In this document: positions 33,297 through 40,919 of the stretch, in pieces
Layout of the letters: each line of letters starts with the position of its first letter
Numbering within the stretch: the stretch's first letter is position 1
NCBI GenBank assembly: GCA_030429765.1
Contig: JAUIER010000002.1
Coordinates: forward strand, 194,239 to 258,238
Source: a bacterium
GTDB lineage: Bacteria > Omnitrophota > Gorgyraeia > Zapsychrales > Zapsychraceae
Direction of reading: 5' to 3'
Length of the DNA: 64,000 nucleotides
The notes under the pieces: generated by a model
What the model was told of the DNA's origin: nothing
The model's input: only the letters and a program-made list of their open reading frames with translations
Database searches by the model: none
Made by a program: the position numbers and the translations under genes

Positions 33297-34338
33297 ATTG
33301 ATACAGTGCTAATCCCAAGGCCACACCAAGCCTGTTAGAGTTTTTCTCCAAATCTTGTATGGTAACTTGATCCGAAACTGTCAGATAGGCAAATGGATTC
33401 CATGACGACGCCTTTACCCCAAGCGTTTGTTCGAAACTATCGAGTAGATCCGTCAATTGAGATGCTCCGCCGGTAAAAATCAGTTCACTGACATCCATAT
33501 TATTTTCCGTCGAGAAATAGTCAAAAGACAGCCGAACTTCCTGAATCAAATTCTGGATCGCCGAATCGTTAATGGCGGCAATCTCATCCTTTCGCTCACC
33601 CGGACTGCATTTAAGCCGCTCGGCTTCGGCAAAATCCACAGCCAAGGCATTTGCAATCCGTTTGGTTAAATCCCGTCCGCCGATGTAGATGTCTCGGTTA
33701 AATTTAGGCATATTACCGACCATGATCGTCAAGCTGCTGACCGTCTCGCCCATATCGATCAATCCCACGGCTTCCGGCTGAGATTCAGTCGGAACCACCA
33801 CACTTCTGGCATTTGCCAAGGCTACCGGATTTATACCGATCAAATCGGCCTCGATCCCCAAATCACTCATCATTTTCAACCTAGCGTCGACAAGCTCTTT
33901 CTTAGCCGCCGCGGCCATCACCTTCATCTGTTTGGATTTACCTGACGGGTCCAGAATGTAACAATCGGTATAGATCTGGTCTTGAGTGAACGGAAAATAC
34001 TTATCCGCCTCAATCGCAAACGAATTACGTAAATCTTCTAAGGACATACGAGGCATATCGATATACCGGATCAATGTCCCCTTACCATAAATGGATGTGA
34101 AAATATTTTCGACCGGATTCCTGAGCTTGTTCAAGGAAGCCTTTACTGCCGCTGCAGGATCATCCCCGCCGACGGGAATGATCGACCAATCCAATACCTG
34201 ATAGCCATCTCCCTTGGCGATTAATTCCACCAGCTTGCAGGAATTGGTCCCGATGTCTAGCCCGACAGCAGATCCCTCTTTCTTGGTGGGAATAAATTTC
34301 CGAATCAGCCCAAAATATCCATCTAACAGTCTGCTCAT
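33283..34338 (-). CDS. pilM: Type IV pilus assembly protein PilM
   Basis: VGLDIG, IDMG, GGRDLT...AERLK, TGGAS, VALGLAL; actin-like fold. Confidence 0.92.
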   Translation of the reverse strand: MSRLLDGYFGLIRKFIPTKKEGSAVGLDIGTNSCKLVELIAKGDGYQVLDWSIIPVGGDDPAAAVKASLNKLRNPVENIFTSIYGKGTLIRYIDMPRMSLEDLRNSFAIEADKYFPFTQDQIYTDCYILDPSGKSKQMKVMAAAAKKELVDARLKMMSDLGIEADLIGINPVALANARSVVVPTESQPEAVGLIDMGETVSSLTIMVGNMPKFNRDIYIGGRDLTKRIANALAVDFAEAERLKCSPGERKDEIAAINDSAIQNLIQEVRLSFDYFSTENNMDVSELIFTGGASQLTDLLDSFEQTLGVKASSWNPFAYLTVSDQVTIQDLEKNSNRLGVALGLALYQYDND

Positions 34339-34465
34339 ATTTCCTCGCAACTTGGCGTCAAATAATTAACAATCTCGCTACAACGAAATTGTAAATATTT
34401 GACAAGGTACAGCTGAGTAAGTGTAGCTATTTCAATCAATTATAAAATTACAAATCAACTATATA

Positions 34466-34783
34466 CTATTGCACTAGATTGACATCATCAAGAGGAATCT
34501 CATATATTATTTTCTGCCTCTTTTTGCGCTTCGTTTTGGATTGGGTCGGCTGTGATACATCAGAAGTTTCCAGATTCTCAGACACCTCTAGATCTGCGAA
34601 ATCCGTAGATCGGGCTACCTGCTTCTGCGCCGTGATGGTTGAGATTGGGCTGGCTGGTGTCGTGATCGCCTGAGTTTGTTCCATTTCGCTGGCCACCCAG
34701 CCGTTGGCTAGGATAATTCCCGCAAAGATCATCACAACAAGTACAACCAGTGTGTTGAGCGTTTTGTTGGCTTTGGCGGACAT
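34466..34783 (-). CDS. Hypothetical single-pass membrane protein
   Basis: 105 aa, N-terminal TM helix; ATG overlaps the stop of the PilX-like gene; GGAG upstream. Confidence 0.65.
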   Translation of the reverse strand: MSAKANKTLNTLVVLVVMIFAGIILANGWVASEMEQTQAITTPASPISTITAQKQVARSTDFADLEVSENLETSDVSQPTQSKTKRKKRQKIIYEIPLDDVNLVQ

Positions 34784-36483
34784 TATGAATCTCCTTCCTG
34801 CCAGATCATTTTGTCCGTTATGTCGTTTGTAAAGGCGATGAAGGTGTTAAGTGACGGAAAGTACGGCGGAGCGTTTCCACTGGCCATCCGGTCGTCAAAG
34901 ACAAAATTACGTCCGTATCCCGCCAACTGTGTTCCGGTGGAGCCATTAAACAATCCAAAGGCGCCGTAATAGTCCGAGATAACGCCGCCCAGCAGAGTAG
35001 CTGTCCCGCGGCCGCCCACACTCTGGTTGTTATAGCTATCCACCTGAAGGATTCCGGCCTTGGCCAACACGGTTCCATGCACATTAATGTCATTCGGAGC
35101 GGTAGTCCCAATCCGCACGTCTCCATTCCATGTCACAAGCCCCAGCAAATTGTCAGCCCCATTCGCATGCGGAGCCACGTATCCGACTTGACCGGGTGTA
35201 CCCACCGCCGGCGTATAAGTTTGGTACTGAACGTGATCGCTGATGACAATATCATTATTGCTGGAAATTGTCAGGGCGGTATCCTGCTGGACCGTACCGC
35301 CCAAGCTGTCAATACTGCCATTGACATACACCACTGTCCCGACACCGTCCACACCGTCGGGGGTACCGCCATAGACGGCGGTTCCGCTGCTGGAATCTAC
35401 AACGGTTGTTTGGTTGTTCACTCGATCAACGGTAATGATTTTATTACTGCCGCCGGACGTGATGTTATAGACCGCGTTATTGCTGCCATCGACAGACATC
35501 GTAATACTGCTATTTCCCTCGACGTAAATCCCGCCGGTCAAACTCGTCCCGTTATTGGGAACGTACACTCCGTTGCCCGAAATAGTGGCCGTGCCACGGG
35601 CTTGATCGACCAAGTCCTGCTGCTGTGATGCCGACGACAATGATATCGCGCTCACATCCCGGTTGAATCCGGCATTAAATGTCGGGATATCCTCTGTCCC
35701 GTTGAAATCCGCGTCGAGCAGTATCGGAGATCCGCTGTTGTAAAATCTGGTTAACTGTTCGACCTGGTCCACCTGACCGTCAAAAATCCCGCTGGGGTTT
35801 AGGGCAATATTGTACCGTCCATTGGTATGCAGCGGACCGGCAAAATTGGTCTTTCCGGTAAACCACACATTGGTTCCGTTTGGCAATGTCTGCTGATTTG
35901 TAAACAACGCATACTTCGCAAAATTGTCCCGCTGAACCCTTACCGTAAAATCTCCCGATGTAACGACGTCCTTACCAATGGATTGAGAACTTCCCGATGC
36001 CACAATACGGTAGTTAAAAGGAAAATCCCATGAATCGGCGGTTACCACCTGCGGATTGGTTTTTTCAGAGATCACAATATCGTACTGATAGGAACCGCTG
36101 CCCAGGGATGCCGTTTGCGTATATTCCGCATCCACTCCGTTCAACGTTAAGGCCGGACTCCCGCCATTCTCGACAAAAGCAATCAAAAACCCCACTCCGT
36201 CATTACTTGAAACATAACTCGTTGTCTGCGACACAAGTGTCGACGGGTTAGTGGCATTAACCGTATTGAGCATGTAGTTATTGATCAGCGTGTCGAGTCC
36301 ATCCAGCGCGGCCTTGGCACCAGCCTCGGCAATGTAGAACGACTTAGCCATATCCAACTCTTTTTGAGCAATTCTACTCTCATGAATCGTTCGCAGAATA
36401 AATACACTGCTAAATCCCAATAAAACCACCACGATAAAAAGTGAAATAATAAGTGCAACCCCTCGTTCGTTATTAAGTCTCAT
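34783..36483 (-). CDS. Large PilX/GspK-like minor pilin (566 aa)
   Basis: Class III signal ERG|VALII without Glu5; AEAG motif; long G/N/S/T-rich beta domain. Confidence 0.82.
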   Translation of the reverse strand: MRLNNERGVALIISLFIVVVLLGFSSVFILRTIHESRIAQKELDMAKSFYIAEAGAKAALDGLDTLINNYMLNTVNATNPSTLVSQTTSYVSSNDGVGFLIAFVENGGSPALTLNGVDAEYTQTASLGSGSYQYDIVISEKTNPQVVTADSWDFPFNYRIVASGSSQSIGKDVVTSGDFTVRVQRDNFAKYALFTNQQTLPNGTNVWFTGKTNFAGPLHTNGRYNIALNPSGIFDGQVDQVEQLTRFYNSGSPILLDADFNGTEDIPTFNAGFNRDVSAISLSSASQQQDLVDQARGTATISGNGVYVPNNGTSLTGGIYVEGNSSITMSVDGSNNAVYNITSGGSNKIITVDRVNNQTTVVDSSSGTAVYGGTPDGVDGVGTVVYVNGSIDSLGGTVQQDTALTISSNNDIVISDHVQYQTYTPAVGTPGQVGYVAPHANGADNLLGLVTWNGDVRIGTTAPNDINVHGTVLAKAGILQVDSYNNQSVGGRGTATLLGGVISDYYGAFGLFNGSTGTQLAGYGRNFVFDDRMASGNAPPYFPSLNTFIAFTNDITDKMIWQEGDS

Positions 36484-36487
36484 ATCG

Positions 36488-37153
36488 TCACCCCCTGTTT
36501 CGTAGCAGAACGTCCAAGCTGTCTGTCGTGGTTATCGCACGATTGTTATTGGTCGTACCCGAAGCCGTCACCGTTAAGGTAACGACATTGGAATCACCGC
36601 TAAGTACGGCCTGAAAGTTTGTAATATTCTGAGCGAATACGTCTGTCCGGACAACCGCATTTGATGCGTCCCTTACCCGACGCTCAAGCTGATTGTTGGC
36701 ATTGATACCGTATTCGAGGTAACTGTAATCCACAGTGGTGCAGTCATTGTCGGCATCCATACAGGTGGAATCTGTACATCCGAATGTCAGGGGAGCGCCC
36801 CAGTTGGCAACATCACCGTTGGCATCGATAATACTCCCGGTCGATTCGCAGATGACCGGCATAAAAAATTGAAGAACATCCGTGGAATTTGGTCCCGTGT
36901 TATCATTGATCGTGACCTGCATCGCTCCGGTATTGTCAGAGCCGGACTCTCTCAGCTCTTTAGAAATCCTTTCAATGGTAAAGCGTAGATTTTCCTGAAG
37001 CTCAATTTGTGTCGCCGTAATCGCCCAACTGTTTTGCCCCGCACTCATCGACATAAATACGCCGCCAAACATGGCCAGAAATATGGCCACGGCTACTACC
37101 AGCTCCATCAGGCTCAAACCTTTATCCGATTGTATGAGATTACGCTGTTTCAT
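36488..37153 (-). CDS. PilW/GspJ-like minor pilin
   Basis: DKG|LSLMELVVAV prepilin motif; ISKELRES; AGGTGA before the ATG at 37153. Confidence 0.85.
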   Translation of the reverse strand: MKQRNLIQSDKGLSLMELVVAVAIFLAMFGGVFMSMSAGQNSWAITATQIELQENLRFTIERISKELRESGSDNTGAMQVTINDNTGPNSTDVLQFFMPVICESTGSIIDANGDVANWGAPLTFGCTDSTCMDADNDCTTVDYSYLEYGINANNQLERRVRDASNAVVRTDVFAQNITNFQAVLSGDSNVVTLTVTASGTTNNNRAITTTDSLDVLLRNRG

Positions 37154-37162
37154 TTTTCTCAC

Positions 37163-37627
37163 CTATTCGTTGTACACAAACGTTACTAATTGCACGGTAG
37201 AATCAATCATCCCATTTCCGTTTGAATCTTCGCCGGCGTTCAGCACACCGTTGATATTCTGATCTTCTCCGACGACCAATCCATTCTTTTGCTGCCAACA
37301 GAATGATACCGTCACCTGCAACAAGTCCGGATCGGTATTATCAACATATGAAACGCCTGCTCCGTTGATATTCCCATCAAAAAATGGAACATTGTTGTAG
37401 GTCGCGAGGACCAGATTAAAATCCGTGTTTCGAATTTGCTCCATCCTACTTTTTGCAGCCCGTGTGGCCAGCGACTTGTTCTGTGACATCTCGTTGAGCT
37501 CCTGACACCGAATGTATGTCAGGATTATCCCGACAAAGGCCAGGATCATAATGACGGCCGCCACCATAATTTCGGCCAAGGCAAACCCATCCTCCTTTCG
37601 ACATTGTCTAACACCAAACTTTTTCAT
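37163..37627 (-). CDS. PilV/GspI-like minor pilin
   Basis: EDG|FALAEIMVAA prepilin motif; ...MEQIR...VTVSFCW. Confidence 0.85.
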   Translation of the reverse strand: MKKFGVRQCRKEDGFALAEIMVAAVIMILAFVGIILTYIRCQELNEMSQNKSLATRAAKSRMEQIRNTDFNLVLATYNNVPFFDGNINGAGVSYVDNTDPDLLQVTVSFCWQQKNGLVVGEDQNINGVLNAGEDSNGNGMIDSTVQLVTFVYNE

Positions 37628-37652
37628 TTTTGACCACCTTCATCCCGGCGAT

Positions 37653-37687
37653 AAAAAGGGGAGCTTGGTCTAAACCAAAGCTCCCCT
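37653..37687 (-). terminator. Intrinsic terminator between the major and minor pilins
   Basis: AGGGGAGCTTTGGT-TTAG-ACCAAGCTCCCCT followed by TTTT. Confidence 0.8.
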
Positions 37688-37713
37688 CATAGTACTCAAC
37701 TGTAACGCTCTGG

Positions 37714-38115
37714 TTACGGTGTCAGAATCCCACCGGTTGTAACTGTATAGACTGTTGTACCTGACGTTCCGACTGTTACCGGCGTCGCTGTAAACGTGTA
37801 CGCTCCGGCGTTCATTGTCGTACACGCATACGTGTAACCACTTCGCGCTGTACCGTCACAGAAGTCTTCGTTCAGATACGATGGTGTCGCCCCTGTCAAT
37901 GATGACATGTTAAGCGGGTAGCTACCATTGTTGGCTGTCGCATAAGTTTCAGAAGCTGTTGACATTGAACGCAATGTACTTTGCGCCAACGCATCGTTCG
38001 CTGAGATCTTAGCGCGTAGCAAGTTTGGAATAGCGATCGCGGCTAACAGAGCGATAATCGCAACTACGATCATGATTTCAACCAGCGTAAAACCTTTTTG
38101 ATTTAGTCTTTTCAT
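37714..38115 (-). CDS. pilA: Major type IV pilin
   Basis: QKG|FTLVEIMIVVAIIALLAAIAIPN; strong AGGAGG RBS; own promoter and terminator. Confidence 0.9.
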   Translation of the reverse strand: MKRLNQKGFTLVEIMIVVAIIALLAAIAIPNLLRAKISANDALAQSTLRSMSTASETYATANNGSYPLNMSSLTGATPSYLNEDFCDGTARSGYTYACTTMNAGAYTFTATPVTVGTSGTTVYTVTTGGILTP

Positions 38116-38251
38116 TTCTTTTCCTCCTTGTGAATTCCGAGTCGTAAGTTAGGACGGAATTCCAGCGGAATTATGAAGGAATGATAACATGCACCCATAC
38201 CGAAATAACCGTAAACTATTGACTCAATTTGAATTACGTTAATTTAAATAA

Positions 38252-38280
38252 ATCTTAACGCCATGAATCCGAACTGTCAA
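38252..38280 (-). promoter_or_regulatory. Proximal pilin promoter (P2)
   Basis: TTGACA-N17-TAAGAT downstream of the riboswitch terminator. Confidence 0.65.
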
Positions 38281-38318
38281 TTCATTAGCGAGATATTTAT
38301 TTCCTGTAAAAGAGCAAT

Positions 38319-38349
38319 AAAAAAACCTATTTTCCATCCGGAAAATAGG
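38319..38349 (-). terminator. Riboswitch-associated intrinsic terminator
   Basis: Perfect 10-bp stem CCTATTTTCC-GGAT-GGAAAATAGG followed by T7. Confidence 0.88.
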
Positions 38350-38377
38350 CACTTAGCCATGATGCTCAATGGCTGAT

Positions 38378-38467
38378 TCGCGGTAACTGGCTACCCTTGC
38401 ATTTCCTTATGCGGAGGGCCCTATAGCTTTGTGCCCCAACCTTTCGGATGGTTTACCTTTGTCACGA
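38378..38467 (-). ncRNA. c-di-GMP-I (GEMM) riboswitch aptamer
   Basis: UCGUG-ACAAA-GGUAAA-CCAUCC-GAAA-GGUUGG-GGCAC-AAA-GCU...GGUAGCCAGUUACCGCGA. It shows P1, P2 with GAAA tetraloop, the CAAAG junction and the 3' GUUACCG of the Vibrio Vc2-type aptamer, with a compensatory U22-A45 pair. Confidence 0.93.
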
Positions 38468-38489
38468 GGACAAATTGTAAGTCAATTGA

Positions 38490-38518
38490 AGTATAACACC
38501 CAATTTTACGGCTGTCAA
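38490..38518 (-). promoter_or_regulatory. Distal promoter (P1) upstream of the riboswitch
   Basis: TTGACA-N17-TATACT, near-consensus, about 20 nt before the aptamer. Confidence 0.8.
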
Positions 38519-38521
38519 ACC

Positions 38522-39499
38522 TCATTGCTGAGAAATATTACCCGTATTGTTCAAACGCTCCCAATCGGACTCTAGCCGCGAAAATCGGCTCTTGAGCTGT
38601 TTGTTCTCCTGCTCAATAAAAGTCAGATTCTCCATCAGCATTTCGAGCTCCTGCTCAGAAATAGTGAAATCAATATTGTTCGTCCGGATCTTTGTGGTGG
38701 CCTTGTCTAGGACCTTTTCAAGGTTCCGCCCTTTGGAGCGAAGATCCGCGATACGTCCCTGGATCTGCCGGATAAATGATTCATTCTGACTATCAAGCCG
38801 CTTGATCGTAGCCGTCAACTCTTCTTTCTCCGCGTCACTATCCTTCATATACGTCTCCAGCAAGGTCTGCTTCTGCCGCAACAGATTATTCGCCTTACGC
38901 AGAGCTTGATAGCGGCCGATCATTCCGCCCTGCTCAATCTCAATGTCTTCCACACGCCGGTTGAGCTCCTCCAGATTGATTTGGCTCACCTCCAGCTTGG
39001 CCCGTAACTGCTGCTGAAGCTGCTGTTCCGATTTGATTTCCGGCGTGGCCCCACTCAGCTGGTCCCGTAAACTCTTGATCTCCGCCTTGGCCTTCTCAAT
39101 GGCCCGCATCAACTCCACCTCTTCACCGGACTTGGCCTGCAATCGTTCCTGTAAAACTGAAGATCCCGACACGTCTGACCGCTGGATCATTGATGACTGA
39201 CTATCACCCGACGTCGCCGTACCCCCTAAATCTCGAACCCGGCTGGCCCGGTATCGGGACTGCTCCCTGGGCTGCATCGCCTGCGTGCGAGTACGTTCAA
39301 TCAGTTGTTCAAGACGCTTGATTTCCTGCTCGAGCCAAACATTGCGCTGTCGAACCATCTCGGCACTGTCCCTGAGATTGTTCAGACTGATCGATAAGGA
39401 CTCGTCCGGTGAAATGTTCCACTGACCTTGAGCGTAAACATTGACCCCCGACAATAACGCAACCAGCACCAAAAAAGTTATGGATGATGACTTTATCAT
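38522..39499 (-). CDS. Exported coiled-coil hypothetical protein
   Basis: Signal peptide (...VNVYA|Q) followed by long heptad-like L/E/Q/R-rich helices; 2 nt after the pilC stop. Confidence 0.75.
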   Translation of the reverse strand: MIKSSSITFLVLVALLSGVNVYAQGQWNISPDESLSISLNNLRDSAEMVRQRNVWLEQEIKRLEQLIERTRTQAMQPREQSRYRASRVRDLGGTATSGDSQSSMIQRSDVSGSSVLQERLQAKSGEEVELMRAIEKAKAEIKSLRDQLSGATPEIKSEQQLQQQLRAKLEVSQINLEELNRRVEDIEIEQGGMIGRYQALRKANNLLRQKQTLLETYMKDSDAEKEELTATIKRLDSQNESFIRQIQGRIADLRSKGRNLEKVLDKATTKIRTNNIDFTISEQELEMLMENLTFIEQENKQLKSRFSRLESDWERLNNTGNISQQ

Positions 39500-39501
39500 G
39501 A

Positions 39502-40707
39502 TTAGATAATTTGGGTGATATTCATAATCGGCATGAATAAGGCGATAACGATGTATCCAATGACAATCCCCAGAACTCCGATGATCAGCGGTTCGATAAT
39601 ACTCGTCAAACCTTCCACCGCCGCATCGACCTGGTCATCGTAAAATTCCGAGATCTTCAGGAGCATTTTTTCCAGCTGACCGGACTTTTCACCAATAGCA
39701 ATCATCCGGGTCACCATCGGCGGAAACACACCGCTCTTGGTTAGCGGCGGAGCGATACTCTCCCCCCCGCGGACGTTGTTCTTGACGTCATCGACAACCA
39801 ACTCCAATACGCGGTTGCCGATCGTCTTGCCGACAATATCCAGCGATTCCAGGATGGGCACCCCGCTCTGGATCAGCGTGGCTAATGTCCGGCTAAATCG
39901 GCTGATTGCGACCTTCCGCAACAAGTCCCCGAATATCGGAAGCTTCAGCGTCGCCCCATCGAGAATGATTGCGCCGCGTTCGGTCTTGTGCCATTGCTTA
40001 AGAAGAAACACCAGACCTATAATTCCACCGATAACGAACAACAAATATTCTTTAAGAATGTTACTGACCGTAATCAAACCCTGGGTCATAGCCGGCAGCT
40101 CCGAATCAAACGATTCATAAATCCCGGCAAAAGTCGGTACAACCTTGACGAGTAGAATAACGGTGATGATGATCGACATCGAGACAACAACCGCCGGATA
40201 AATCAGCGCGGATTTGACTTTCCGCTTAAGCCGGAGGGTTTTCTCCATATAGAAGGAAACACGGTCTAATACCTTTGACAGGACCCCACCGGTCTCCCCG
40301 ACCCGCACCATATTGACAAACAGCGTATCAAAGACGCTGGGATGTTTTGAAAATGCGACAGACAACGCGCTCCCGTGTGCGATATCTTCGGCAACTGTCC
40401 CAAGGACTTTCTTGAACATCGGATGCGTCACCTGATCCTGCAGGGCATCTAACCCCTGAACAATCGGAATCCCCGCGTCGACCATGGTGGCCAGCTGACG
40501 GGAAAATATAACAATTTCTTCGGGCTTGACCTTCTTGCCCTTAATCGTCGACTTCTTCTTCGCCGTCTCCTTCACCTCATTAATAGAGATGATAATCAGA
40601 TTGCGTTTTCGAAGCTCGGAAATCACAGCGTTCTTGTCGTCAGCTGAAATTTTTCCGGAAATACTTTTTGATTCTTGATTTTTGGCGACGTACTTGAACG
40701 TACCCAT
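39502..40707 (-). CDS. pilC: Type IV pilus/T2SS platform protein
   Basis: FSRQLATMVDAGIP, GETGGVL, GEKSGQL, IEPLII; start at MGTFKY with AAAGGA upstream. Confidence 0.94.
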   Translation of the reverse strand: MGTFKYVAKNQESKSISGKISADDKNAVISELRKRNLIIISINEVKETAKKKSTIKGKKVKPEEIVIFSRQLATMVDAGIPIVQGLDALQDQVTHPMFKKVLGTVAEDIAHGSALSVAFSKHPSVFDTLFVNMVRVGETGGVLSKVLDRVSFYMEKTLRLKRKVKSALIYPAVVVSMSIIITVILLVKVVPTFAGIYESFDSELPAMTQGLITVSNILKEYLLFVIGGIIGLVFLLKQWHKTERGAIILDGATLKLPIFGDLLRKVAISRFSRTLATLIQSGVPILESLDIVGKTIGNRVLELVVDDVKNNVRGGESIAPPLTKSGVFPPMVTRMIAIGEKSGQLEKMLLKISEFYDDQVDAAVEGLTSIIEPLIIGVLGIVIGYIVIALFMPIMNITQII

Positions 40708-40762
40708 AGGCATCCTTTGGTAGGAACAACATTCGGCCTGACAGCTTCGTATACCCACTTCA

Positions 40763-40790
40763 AGTATAATGGCTGTTTCGCTTTTGGCAA
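40763..40790 (-). promoter_or_regulatory. Putative pilC promoter
   Basis: TTGCCA-N16-TATACT. Confidence 0.55.
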
Positions 40791-40919
40791 ATGCCGTTCA
40801 CCATAGTGTCCGCTGCTGAAGCGGACACAATTCCGACAATATATTATTCTAGCATTATTTAATTCGAAGAAAACAATGAAAGTGAATACTTTTCAATCAG
40901 TTGCGGTAATATCCCATGA

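Noticed and set aside
37714-38115. Electrically conductive (e-pilus) pilin
   Set aside because: Mature pilin is about 125 aa with only about 10 aromatic residues, and positions 24, 27 and 32 are non-aromatic.
38211-38221. Shared 11-mer GTAAACTATTG here and at 63351-63361 (IHF-like)
   Set aside because: An imperfect IHF match; one such coincidence is plausible by chance among AT-rich intergenic regions.
38378-38467. Possible 3',3'-cGAMP (GEMM-Ib) riboswitch, as over Geobacter pilin and cytochrome genes
   Set aside because: The discriminating position 20 is G, not A.
38116-38520. Sigma54 promoter for the pilin gene
   Set aside because: No correctly spaced GG(-24)/GC(-12) pair seen; sigma70-type boxes explain the region.
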